A stretch of DNA of 61,599 nt, the filler included, from Nitrospirae bacterium CG2_30_53_67 (GTDB lineage: Bacteria; CG2-30-53-67), in assembly GCA_001873285.1 (NCBI GenBank). It is 6 parts of 6 records of this genome, joined end to end, with 100 filler letters (N's around TTAATTAATTAA, not from the genome) between each part and the next. Parts side by side here need not be neighbours in the genome. Positions count along the whole stretch, not along the records: positions 52,774 to 57,162 come from MNYV01000052.1; positions 57,263 to 61,599 come from MNYV01000165.1; 4 more parts are not named here. One strand, given 5' to 3'. The position numbers were made by a program, and so were the translations under genes. Positions 53,115 through 61,599 of the stretch are shown here, piece by piece (positions within the stretch are counted from its first letter, which is position 1; each line of letters starts with the position of its first letter). The notes under the pieces are model-generated. The model was not told the origin of the DNA. It ran no database searches and saw only the letters and a program-made list of their open reading frames with translations.

Positions 53115-53771
53115 TTATTCACTTCCGGGAACGTAAGGTTCTAATGTCTTTAGCAGTGCGGGATCCACCTGGAATCCGAGCGCCAGGGCCCTGCCGCAAT
53201 GCTCTACGGCTGGGCGGAACTCCTTCTTGTGGTAATAGGCCACCCCAAGGTAATTTTCCGCCAGCCCCAGCTCCGGGTTCAACTCGAGGGCCTTTACGCT
53301 TGCGGTGATGACGCCGTTATAATCCTCCTTCTTCAGGTAAGCCAGGGCAAGCTTCAGACAGGCGTCCGATGACCGGGGATCGATCTCCATGGCCTTCTTG
53401 CATGCCTCGATCCCTTCATCGAGTCTCCCCTGCTGGATATAGATGAAACCGAGATTGCTGTATGCCGGGGCAAAGCCCGGTTCGATGGCAATGGCCCTTT
53501 GGATCCAAGCGAGGCTTTGTTCAGGGCCGCCGGTGTGCAGATAAATCCCGGCCAGGTTGAGGTAGGCCTGGACCAAGCCGGGTTTGAGCCCAATGGCTTT
53601 GTTGTAGGCATCGATGGCCTCATTCAGATGGTGAAACTGGGTATGGACCAGTCCCAAGTTGTAATAGACCTCGGCCGCGTTGGGGTAGAACTGAAGGTAT
53701 TGTTTATAATTGTTCAGGATCCGCTGGTATTCCAGGTCATCCTCTGCGGGTTCTCCCTGTTCCTGGTTCAT
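53115..53771 (-). CDS. Tetratricopeptide repeat protein
   Basis: Repeated AxAYxNLG / A...P TPR motifs. Confidence 0.9.
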   Translation of the reverse strand: MNQEQGEPAEDDLEYQRILNNYKQYLQFYPNAAEVYYNLGLVHTQFHHLNEAIDAYNKAIGLKPGLVQAYLNLAGIYLHTGGPEQSLAWIQRAIAIEPGFAPAYSNLGFIYIQQGRLDEGIEACKKAMEIDPRSSDACLKLALAYLKKEDYNGVITASVKALELNPELGLAENYLGVAYYHKKEFRPAVEHCGRALALGFQVDPALLKTLEPYVPGSE

Positions 53772-53933
53772 ATATCTTCCTTTCCGAGATCGGTTGTCTT
53801 GGCCCATCAAAACATATCGAATTTTTTCTGTCAAGCTTATTAAAGGCCGGAAGGCTGATCAAAAACACGTCCACAAACGGACGCTTTAAATGGGAGAGGC
53901 GGCGAACAAGGAAAAACTCGTTGTGCAGAAGAT

Positions 53934-54629
53934 TTAGTGTTGTTCGTCTTGGAATGTCTGGGGATGCGCCGTTTCGTCAGGGGGTGCGTCGGGGATCTCT
54001 TCCATCCGGATCTTGAAGGAGATCGCAAAGTCAATCTCCCGGCTGCCGGCATAGATCCTGTGGATATGGAAGGATAACTCCTTGGACTTTATTTTCGGCT
54101 CATCCGGCCTCCTGAAGAGGAGAAGGCCCAGCGCATGCTCGCCTGGGCCGAGGGTCTGGTAGCTCCGGAAGAGCATCTTGCGGATATTTTCCAACTGTCC
54201 CGCCCCTTTCTCTGAATCGTAGAGGTCCTGGTAAAGATCGTCATATTCAATCGTGAAAAGAGGGGCGCCCGCGTCGGTCAGGGAAAAGCTTGACGAAGGG
54301 TTGAAGGTGATCGAGGAGTCGGAACGATTCTCGATCAGGAGATAAAAGGCGATCGGCATTCCGGCCTCGTCATAGATCCCCTCAAAGGGATTTTTGAAAT
54401 CCCACTCCCGGTTCAGGGAAGAAGGTGCCGTCAAGTCTTGGCAGCTCACGGGCCGGACCGCTCCCCAGATCCCCTCTTTCTCGAAATTTACCGCATTGCC
54501 GGGAGGGGAAATCTCCTGTCCCATCCTGACATCCGGGGTGATCGAGATTTTGTACAGGCTCTTGGCGGTCTTGCAGGCGGGAAAATAAAGGCAGAGTACA
54601 AGGATCAGAATGATCCGCATCAGTGGCAT
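53934..54629 (-). CDS. Hypothetical lipoprotein
   Basis: Hydrophobic signal ending LYFPAC; 231 aa; no recognised family. Confidence 0.7.
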   Translation of the reverse strand: MPLMRIILILVLCLYFPACKTAKSLYKISITPDVRMGQEISPPGNAVNFEKEGIWGAVRPVSCQDLTAPSSLNREWDFKNPFEGIYDEAGMPIAFYLLIENRSDSSITFNPSSSFSLTDAGAPLFTIEYDDLYQDLYDSEKGAGQLENIRKMLFRSYQTLGPGEHALGLLLFRRPDEPKIKSKELSFHIHRIYAGSREIDFAISFKIRMEEIPDAPPDETAHPQTFQDEQH

Positions 54630-54711
54630 GATGGGGTCTCCATGGGAATCTAAGACTTCCCGAGCGTGATGATGCTGGTATGGGTTTATTATAATCTACA
54701 TCAGGGTAAAT

Positions 54712-54747
54712 AAAAAACCCCGGAAGATTCTTTCCCGGGGTCTTTTT
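54712..54747 (-). terminator. Intrinsic terminator after PEP-CTERM gene
   Basis: ACCCCGG.AA stem-loop with T-tracts on both strands. Confidence 0.7.
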
Positions 54748-54771
54748 GTCATGATACGGGAGTTTCTGTAA

Positions 54772-55443
54772 TTATTTGCCCATCCTTCTCATGTAACCGG
54801 CCGCTGCCAGAAGCGAGATGCCAAGGAGAACCATGGTTCCCGGTTCGGGAATGGGTGGGTTGTACTCGGCATCATGGGAGAACGGGGCAAACTTGTCGAT
54901 GACATCGTTCTTTAGAGTGTACAAATCGAAATGCACAAAATTGAATCCTGAGATATCGATATAGAAATCCTTCCAGTATCCGCTCTTGGTTCCGGCTGCC
55001 GCACCGGGCTGGGTGTCGAATATGTCGGCCGCATTCGCGGGAGTGAAATCAAAAATGTACTCGGCAAAGTAGGTGGGGAAAATATCGTGCGGAGCCAGGT
55101 CACCACCCCCTCCGTCGGGATTGAGAGCGCTGATCGGTGGAATCCCGTACACATAATTAGAACTGCTGATGCCGGATCCATTGATGCTGACGGTTCCGCT
55201 GGAAGGAGAGACCCCATCGGTAAGTGCGATCGAAAGTCTGACTCCTGATAACGTGCCCTCGCTAAGAGCAGAAAGTGTGAAGGTATTTGAAGATGCAACC
55301 CAGATTTCTGTTGATGAATCCCAGGAAACGCCCGGCTGTGACGGATCGATATAAAGTTGCAATGTGGGGTAGGCCGAAGCAATGCCTGCACTTAAAAGCA
55401 GGGTTATAAAACACGCTGCGATGATGGTTCTCATGTTTTTCAT
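54772..55443 (-). CDS. PEP-CTERM sorting-signal surface protein (choice-of-anchor N-like)
   Basis: Signal peptide (ASA-YP), FAPFSHDA, C-terminal PIPEPGTMVLLGISLLAAAGYMRR. Confidence 0.9.
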   Translation of the reverse strand: MKNMRTIIAACFITLLLSAGIASAYPTLQLYIDPSQPGVSWDSSTEIWVASSNTFTLSALSEGTLSGVRLSIALTDGVSPSSGTVSINGSGISSSNYVYGIPPISALNPDGGGGDLAPHDIFPTYFAEYIFDFTPANAADIFDTQPGAAAGTKSGYWKDFYIDISGFNFVHFDLYTLKNDVIDKFAPFSHDAEYNPPIPEPGTMVLLGISLLAAAGYMRRMGK

Positions 55444-55520
55444 GACGACTTAAACCTCCTTGAACTTGCTCTTATCTGCATATATTTGTTAAAAACTTGC
55501 TATATTCCTGATATTTTATC

Positions 55521-55536
55521 AGCAATATTTGTGCCA
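55521..55536 (-). promoter_or_regulatory. Sigma-54 promoter of PEP-CTERM gene
   Basis: TGGCAC-AAATA-TTGCT, consensus -24/-12. Confidence 0.85.
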
Positions 55537-55687
55537 AGCGTATAACCTGTTGATATTGTAGAGATCATGCCAATGTTTTAAGGAGCCAAGATGCTTGACC
55601 TCGTAAAACTATAAAGATTTCCGACACCCGGCAATCGGGATTGGGGCTGTTTTCCAAGAGTATTCAATAAAAACAATCGGTTAGATA

Positions 55688-55704
55688 TGTAAAGGTTTCC
55701 TACA
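55688..55704. promoter_or_regulatory. Putative enhancer (TGT-N11-ACA) for a PrsR-type activator
   Basis: TGTAAAGGTTTCCTACA ~150 nt upstream of the sigma-54 site; weaker copy near 55611-55627. Confidence 0.6.
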
Positions 55705-55808
55705 GTCTAAAAGTAACCGGGAATGCACTACAAATTGTGATGGGTAAGCTGAATGATACCCATATGTGGTTGCCTGGTCCGGTCACAGGAGCGCCCGGTT
55801 TTATTATT

Positions 55809-55837
55809 TTGACACGGTTTCAGGTATTTGGTATTGT
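55809..55837 (+). promoter_or_regulatory. Putative sigma-70 promoter of pyrF
   Basis: TTGACA-N17-TATTGT. Confidence 0.55.
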
Positions 55838-55882
55838 ACATCACGTTCATGAGCAGAATCGTATCCTTGTCAAAGCGATCCT

Positions 55883-56650
55883 ATGAAAAGTAACATCACT
55901 GAAATCAATAAATCTTCCATAAAGGACCGGCTGATCGTCGCCCTGGACATGGACAGTCCGGAAGGGGCGATAGCGCTGGTCATGGCGCTGAAGAAATCTG
56001 TGAGCACGTTTAAAGTCGGGAGCCGGCTCTTCACCAAGGCCGGTCCCGGCATCGTGCAGAAGATCCATGACCTGGGCGGGCGGGTTTTTCTCGATCTGAA
56101 GTATCACGATATCCCAAGCACCGTGGGCAAGGCCGGCATCGAAGCGGCCCGGCTCGGTGTCTTCATGTTCAATGTCCATGTCGCAGGCGGCGGGACCATG
56201 ATGAGGCGGTGTGTGGAGATGGTGAGCGACACCTGCGAGAGGGAAGGTTTACCGCGGCCCTTGATCCTTGGGGTGACCCTGCTCACCAGTATCTGTGAAG
56301 AGACCCTGCGGGACGATATCGGAGTCAGCCGCAGCATTCCGGAGCAGGTCGTTCATTTTGCAAGGCTTGCGCAGGAGAAGGGTCTAAACGGCGTGGTCGC
56401 CTCGGCACATGAAATTCAGGAGATACGCAAGGCCTGCGGCAGAGATTTCCTGATCGTCACCCCGGGGATCCGGCCGTCCGGAACCGCGGCCGATGATCAG
56501 AGCCGAATCGCCGCACCGGCATGGGCCATGGAACAGGGTGCGGATTATCTGGTTGTGGGGAGGCCCATCACCGAAGCACCCGACCCCCTGAAGGCCGCAC
56601 ACGAGATTCTGTACGAGATGCACAAGGTCCGCGGGGAGTCATATTCATAG
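55883..56650 (+). CDS. pyrF: Orotidine-5'-phosphate decarboxylase
   Basis: LIVALD, FLDLKYHDIPSTV, VTPGIRP, LVVGRPIT. Confidence 0.97.
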   Translation: MKSNITEINKSSIKDRLIVALDMDSPEGAIALVMALKKSVSTFKVGSRLFTKAGPGIVQKIHDLGGRVFLDLKYHDIPSTVGKAGIEAARLGVFMFNVHVAGGGTMMRRCVEMVSDTCEREGLPRPLILGVTLLTSICEETLRDDIGVSRSIPEQVVHFARLAQEKGLNGVVASAHEIQEIRKACGRDFLIVTPGIRPSGTAADDQSRIAAPAWAMEQGADYLVVGRPITEAPDPLKAAHEILYEMHKVRGESYS

Positions 56651-56747
56651 TCTCGAAATAGAATAGACATGATTCATAAAATCTCTTTTTTTATTTTTTT
56701 TCAACCCCTGTTTGCTGTATACTATTTGCCAGCTTCTAATATATCGT

Positions 56748-56823
56748 GGGGGTGTAGCTCAGCTGGGAGAGCGCAGCGTTCGCAACGCTGAGGTCGTGGG
56801 TTCGATCCCCATCACCTCCACCA
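56748..56823 (+). tRNA. tRNA-Ala(CGC)
   Basis: 76 nt cloverleaf, acceptor stem with G3:U70, anticodon loop TT-CGC-AA, GGTTCGAT T-loop, encoded CCA. Confidence 0.96.
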
Positions 56824-56917
56824 TTTTTTCTTCTCTGCCATCTTGGTGGTTATTCTTTTTTCCTGCATCCATCCTGCACACATCTCATGGGAAGGTCTTT
56901 TGCCCCGGCGGGGTTAA

Positions 56918-57080
56918 GTGGTCCTGTTCGTAAATACGGTAACGTACCGAGAGTGCCGTAGGGCGGCCTCATCCCCGCGCGCGACTGAGGCGTACCCCCT
57001 GCGGTACGTCGCAAGGAGCGGAACGCCGAGGAGGCCGCCCTACGGCACTCGAATGCGACCGTATTTACGAATAGGACCAC
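56918..57080 (-). mobile_element. 163-bp MITE, full copy (inverted relative to 27915-28076)
   Basis: TIRs GTGGTCCTGTTCGTAAATACGGT / ACCGTATTTACGAATAGGACCAC flanked by TAA duplication. Confidence 0.9.
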
Positions 57081-57162
57081 TAAGGCCCTGATCGTGGGAA
57101 AGCATGAAAGGGGCGGGGAGGGCCTGAATCTTCCGTATCAAGGAGAGAATCTCTTCTTCGGC

Positions 57163-57262
57163 NNNNNNNNNNNNNNNNNNNNNNNNNNNNNNNNNNNNNN
57201 NNNNNNTTAATTAATTAANNNNNNNNNNNNNNNNNNNNNNNNNNNNNNNNNNNNNNNNNNNN
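57163..57262. other. Artificial contig-joining spacer
   Basis: 100-nt N-run with TTAATTAATTAA. Confidence 0.97.
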
Positions 57263-59256
57263 GGAATGTCTCTGAACGTTTCATGGAAGCCTTTGGTTCG
57301 CCCAACCTGATACGGTATCAATCGGACCGTTCATCAGGAAGAACCCCGGCCTTTCATTTGATGCAAGGGCCGGATGCCGGGATCACCTATGATATTGAGG
57401 ATTGCAACACCATTCTCTCCTTTAACAGCGGTCTCCTCGAAGATCACTGGTCCTCAGTGCAGCTTTTCCGCGCCTATGGAAAGTTTCGGAGGGGGAGCAA
57501 AGAGACGCGAGGCAAACTGGTTCATATCGAACCGCGTCTTTCCGTCACAGGGGCCAAGGCCGATCAATGGGTCCCCATCCATCCCGGCGCCGAGGGAGTT
57601 CTTGCCATGGGCATTGCCTCGGTGATCATCATCGAGAAGCGTTATGATGAGGGGTTCATAGCAGAACGGACATTGGGATTCGAGGATTGGACAGACGAAA
57701 AAGGCGCCTCACACCCCGGCTTCAAGACCCTGGTCATTCAGGAATATCCGCTGGAAAAAGTGGTCAAAATAACCGGGGTTCCCAGGGACACGATCATCAG
57801 TCTGGCCCGGGAATTCGCCCATCGTCAGCCTGGGGTGGCAATCGGTAACGATGGAGAGTGGATCGGCAACCAGGGGATCTACAACCGGATGGCCATACAT
57901 GCCCTGAACGGATTGGTCGGAAACATCCAGAAAAAGGGAGGAATTTTATCCAATGCAAAACTTCCGGAAATACCTCTCCCGCCGTTCTCTCCCGATCCGG
58001 TCTCCGTCAAAGGACGGTCCATGCCGAGGATAGACGGGGCCGGAAGGAACAGGTATTCGCTGGTTCAAGATGCTCCGGAGAATCTTGCAGAACAGATTTT
58101 GAAAAAACAACCCTATCCCATCGAGATGCTCCTGGTTCATGACGCGAACCCAATGTATGAGAGTCCGGAACCGGACCGGCTGATTTCAGCCCTGAAACAA
58201 ATTCCGACCGTGGTCAGCTTCTCCTCTTTCATGGATGAAACGACACGGTATGCGGACCTCATCCTGCCCGATTCCATCTATCTGGAGAAATGGCAGATGG
58301 ATGAGAGCTTCACCCTGAAGGGGAATCCTGTGGTCAGCGTGGCGCAGCCCGTGGCGGCGCCCACATATGATACACGGGATACCTGTGAAATCCTGACGGC
58401 CCTTACGGGAATTCTGGGCAAACCGGTCTCCAATGCATTTCCATCCCTAAAATCCGAGGATCTGATCAAGGCATCTCTGAAGCCTCTCCACGCATCAGGC
58501 CGCGGGGAGGCCTTCGGCGCTCAGCTCGAAGAACTCTGGACCAAACTCCTTGAGCAGAGCGGCTGGAAGGTGAGAAGCCGGGAGCCGTTTGAAAAATTCC
58601 TGGCCGATGTCGAGGAACGGGGCGGATGGTGGGATCCGGTTTATTATCCATGGGAATGGAAAAGGGTCCTCTCCACCCCTTCGGGACGGTTTGAATTTTA
58701 TTCACTGACGGCCAGAAAATATTTCAGCAACCTGAATGCCAAGGATCAAGATCTGCTCCTCCAGAAGATACCCTCACCCGTGGACATGGACAAGCTTGAC
58801 GCCGCCTGTCTCCCTATGGGGGATCCGGGCGTATCCAAGGGGAATGAGACCCTCTATGATCTCGAGCTGAATCCTTACGTCATTCCCATTCTCAGCGGAC
58901 TCAACCATACCAATCAGCCCTGGCTGCAGGATATCACAGGGTTTCATGTTTATCAGAGATGGCATACCTGGGTCGAAGTCAATCCGGAAACGGCCGATAA
59001 AATCGGCATTCAAAACGGGGATTGGGTCTGGGTTGAGTCCCCCAAAGGGAAAATCAAGGCCCAGGCCCGGCTTTTCAAAGGCGCCATGCCGGACGTCATC
59101 AACCTTCCGGTCGGCCTCGGGCATGCATCGGGCGGGAGATGGACCAGCGGGATCGGGGAGAACGTCCTCAAGATCCTCCTTGCTGAAAAGGAGCCGTTCA
59201 CCGGTAAGGTTCATTTCCAGCGTTCCCGAGTCAGATTAACTAAAACGAATGCATAA
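57263..59256 (+). CDS. Molybdopterin-oxidoreductase-family subunit (ActB1/QrcB-like), 5'-truncated by contig end
   Basis: IEPRLSVTGAKADQWVPIHPG, MDETTRYADLILP, TPSGRFEF, VEVNPETA.K.GI..GD.V.VES. Confidence 0.85.
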
Positions 59257-59285
59257 ATCTTTGCGTCACAAAAGGAGCAAGACCT

Positions 59286-59969
59286 ATGGCAAAGTGGGGA
59301 ATGGTGATCGACCTGGATAAATGCACGGCATGTCAGGCCTGTGTGGTGGCCTGTCAGGCGGAGAACAATGTTCCGATCTCAAATCCTGAAACCACAGAGG
59401 TCGGCCGGAGCATCCACTGGCTGGAGATGATCCCTTTCGTGGATGAAGAATACCCCCATGTACGGATGCGCCTTCTGCCGCGGCCCTGCATGCACTGTGA
59501 AAACCCGCCTTGTATCAAGGTCTGCCCCGTCGGCGCCACGCAGATCAGTTCCGAAGGAATCGTGGGCCAGATCAATGCCCGGTGCATCGGATGCCGCTAC
59601 TGCACGACCGCCTGTCCGTACACGGTCAAATACTTCAACTGGTTCAAACCGGAATGGCCCAAAGGCATGGAAAAATATTTGAATCCCGATGTGACCGTCA
59701 GATACAACGGCGTGGTGGAAAAATGCACGTTTTGCCATCACCGCCTCCAAAAGGCAAGAGACCAGGCCCGATATGAACGCCGCGAACTCGGACCCGACGA
59801 CTATATCCCGGCGTGCGTCCAGACCTGCCCGGCAGAGGCCATGTATTTCGGCGATCTGGACAACCCGAAATCAACGGTGTCCATCCTTGCCCGGAGCAAA
59901 CGCGCCTTCCTTCTGATGGAAGACCTGGGAACCCACCCCAAAGTAATCTACTTAAGCGAAGGAGTGTGA
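59286..59969 (+). CDS. 4Fe-4S iron-sulfur subunit (ActB2/QrcC/NrfC-like)
   Basis: DLDKCTACQACVVAC, CMHCENPPCIKVCP, CIGCRYCTTACPY, KCTFC...PACVQTCP. Confidence 0.93.
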   Translation: MAKWGMVIDLDKCTACQACVVACQAENNVPISNPETTEVGRSIHWLEMIPFVDEEYPHVRMRLLPRPCMHCENPPCIKVCPVGATQISSEGIVGQINARCIGCRYCTTACPYTVKYFNWFKPEWPKGMEKYLNPDVTVRYNGVVEKCTFCHHRLQKARDQARYERRELGPDDYIPACVQTCPAEAMYFGDLDNPKSTVSILARSKRAFLLMEDLGTHPKVIYLSEGV

Positions 59970-59970
59970 C

Positions 59971-61386
59971 ATGGACCTGAAGAAGGCGTTTGAATACGAT
60001 GAAAAAATTCTCCTCAAACCGGTTCTGGAGGCCAACCGGAACTACTACATCACGGTATTCCTTCTTTCCCTGATCGTGGCCTGGGGTTTCTTTGCCTATT
60101 TCCATCAATTGGGCAACGGGCTCGGGGTGACGGGCCTGAACAGGCCGGTCTACTGGGGGTTCTATATTACGAACTTTGTCTTTTTCATCGGGATCAGCCA
60201 TGCCGGTACTTTGATTTCGGCCATTCTCAGGATTGCCCAGGCCGAGTGGCGCAGGGCCATCACCCGGTCCGCGGAGGTGATCACGGTCATGGTCATCTTC
60301 TTCGGTGTGGCCAGCATCCTCATGGATCTGGGACGTCCCGACCGGATCATGAATATCATCAAATTCGGACGATTTGAGTCTCCGCTTCTCTGGGACGTCA
60401 CCAGCATCACCATCTACCTGACGGCGAGCACGGTCTATCTCTTCCTCCCCCTGATCCCGGACATCGCTCTCATGCGGGACAAGGCAAACAAGCGCAAATG
60501 GCTCTATACGGTTCTGGCCCTCGGGTGGACCGGAACCCCGAGACAGTTCCATCGTCTTGAAACGGCGATCTCCGTCATGGCCATTCTGGTCATCCCGGTC
60601 GCCGTATCGGTGCATACGGTCGTCTCCTTCGTGTTTGCCATGACCATCCAGCCCATGTGGCATTCGGCCATCTTCGGACCCTATTTTGTGGTGGGCGCCA
60701 TCTATTCCGGCATTGCGGCTTTGATCATCGCCATGGCCCTGATCCGATGGGTTTATCACCTCGAGGGTTACCTGAAAGACGTCCACTTCAACAACCTTGG
60801 GATGCTCCTTTTTGTGATGACCCTTCTCTGGAGCTATTTCACCTTCTCCGAATATTTGACCACCTTTTACGGCGCAGAGCCCTCCCACATGCAGGTCTTC
60901 TGGGCCAAGTTCACCGGTGAATTCCGGTTCGAATTCTGGGGGATGGTCCTCTGTTGCCTGGTCATTCCCGGCATCTTTCTCAGCAACCGCAAGTTGCGTA
61001 CCATCAAGGGGTGTGTATTTGCATCCGCAGCCATTACCATCGGCATGTGGCTGGAACGATTCATCATCGTTGTTCCCACGCTCGCCAACCCGAGACTTCC
61101 CTACGAGCGCGGCGTTTATCATCCGAGCTGGGTTGAGCTGTCGCTGCTTGCGGGATGTTTCGCTTTTTTCATTCTGCTCTACGTACTCTTCACCAAATTC
61201 TTTCCCATTGTCTCCATATGGGAGATCCAAGAAGGGAGGAAGCATGCCGTGGCCGAAGTCTCGGGGAGGGTCAAAACCTATCTCCCCGACATGAAAGATG
61301 ATTTAGATGATGATGTGAAAAAAAAACATTCACCCATGCAGAAACCTTTATTGGCAACACTGAGTTTGCCGAGGAGGGATTTATGA
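59971..61386 (+). CDS. NrfD/PsrC-family membrane subunit (ActC-like)
   Basis: WGFYITNFVFFIGISHAGTLISAIL, DLGRP, SPLLWD, VSVHTVVS, GMWLERF. Confidence 0.92.
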   Translation: MDLKKAFEYDEKILLKPVLEANRNYYITVFLLSLIVAWGFFAYFHQLGNGLGVTGLNRPVYWGFYITNFVFFIGISHAGTLISAILRIAQAEWRRAITRSAEVITVMVIFFGVASILMDLGRPDRIMNIIKFGRFESPLLWDVTSITIYLTASTVYLFLPLIPDIALMRDKANKRKWLYTVLALGWTGTPRQFHRLETAISVMAILVIPVAVSVHTVVSFVFAMTIQPMWHSAIFGPYFVVGAIYSGIAALIIAMALIRWVYHLEGYLKDVHFNNLGMLLFVMTLLWSYFTFSEYLTTFYGAEPSHMQVFWAKFTGEFRFEFWGMVLCCLVIPGIFLSNRKLRTIKGCVFASAAITIGMWLERFIIVVPTLANPRLPYERGVYHPSWVELSLLAGCFAFFILLYVLFTKFFPIVSIWEIQEGRKHAVAEVSGRVKTYLPDMKDDLDDDVKKKHSPMQKPLLATLSLPRRDL

Positions 61387-61599
61387 AAAGCATGCATCAA
61401 CTCAAAGATCAAGTAACCCCCTTTTTTTTATTTTTCCTTGTTCTGTTTCTGATCTGCACAGGAATCTTTCTGCCGCACAAAGTCCGGAGTGCAATGGAAA
61501 AGAAAGGTGATGCCGCGTTTATCTTCCCGGAAGATGCCAACAAGGGCTGGAAGCTGTTTCTTTCAAAGAATTGCATCACCTGCCATACCATATGGGGTC
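61383..61599 (+). CDS. c-type cytochrome, N-terminal part (runs off window)
   Basis: Manual translation: MKSMHQ...hydrophobic segment...GWKLFLSKNCITCHTIWG (CxxCH); GAGGAGG RBS; ATGA overlap with previous gene. Confidence 0.85.
   Translation, partial: MKSMHQLKDQVTPFFLFFLVLFLICTGIFLPHKVRSAMEKKGDAAFIFPEDANKGWKLFLSKNCITCHTIWG

Noticed and set aside
56712..56933. 73-aa ORF over the tRNA and ORFs over MITE/REP copies (366-614, 3106-3318, 6440-6628, 27798-28022, 56850-57080)
   Set aside because: Translations of tRNA or repeat DNA, not credible proteins
56748..57162. tRNA-targeted integrative element
   Set aside because: No integrase or duplicated tRNA 3' end visible; contig ends 340 nt later

Overview
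Bacterial metagenome-assembled sequence made of six contigs joined by artificial 100-nt spacers (N-run + TTAATTAATTAA + N-run at 6698-6797, 25816-25915, 48289-48388, 52674-52773, 57163-57262), so gene order across those spacers is not biological. Gene content (Kdo/LPS genes, sigma-54 two-component system, PEP-CTERM protein, EF-G II, multiheme cytochromes, ACIII/Qrc-like module) points to a diderm Nitrospirota/Desulfobacterota-like organism (inference). Mostly housekeeping: priA end, DUF1385-prfA-prmC, kdsB-pyrG-kdsA-kdsD, mazG, fusA paralog, ihfA, mltA-nadA, a pyrR-pyrB-pyrC-carA-(radical SAM)-carB-greA-pyrK-pyrD operon, pilD-HK-RR, ispA-dxs-udg, tkt, sod, pyrF, tRNA-Ala(CGC), plus small toxin-antitoxin modules and gene remnants. 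The most unusual content is intergenic: (1) five copies of an element whose inverted arms are built from 8-bp tandem repeats, two carrying complementary deletion remnants of a four-helix-bundle (IVP/Avd-like) gene, all inserted just after a stop codon in the same polarity as transcription; (2) a 162-163 bp MITE with 3-bp TTA/TAA target duplications; (3) several REP/palindrome families nested inside each other and inside genes, with the 3' end of a probable REP-associated tyrosine transposase that the ORF track misses. No CRISPR array, rRNA, prophage or reverse transcriptase was seen.
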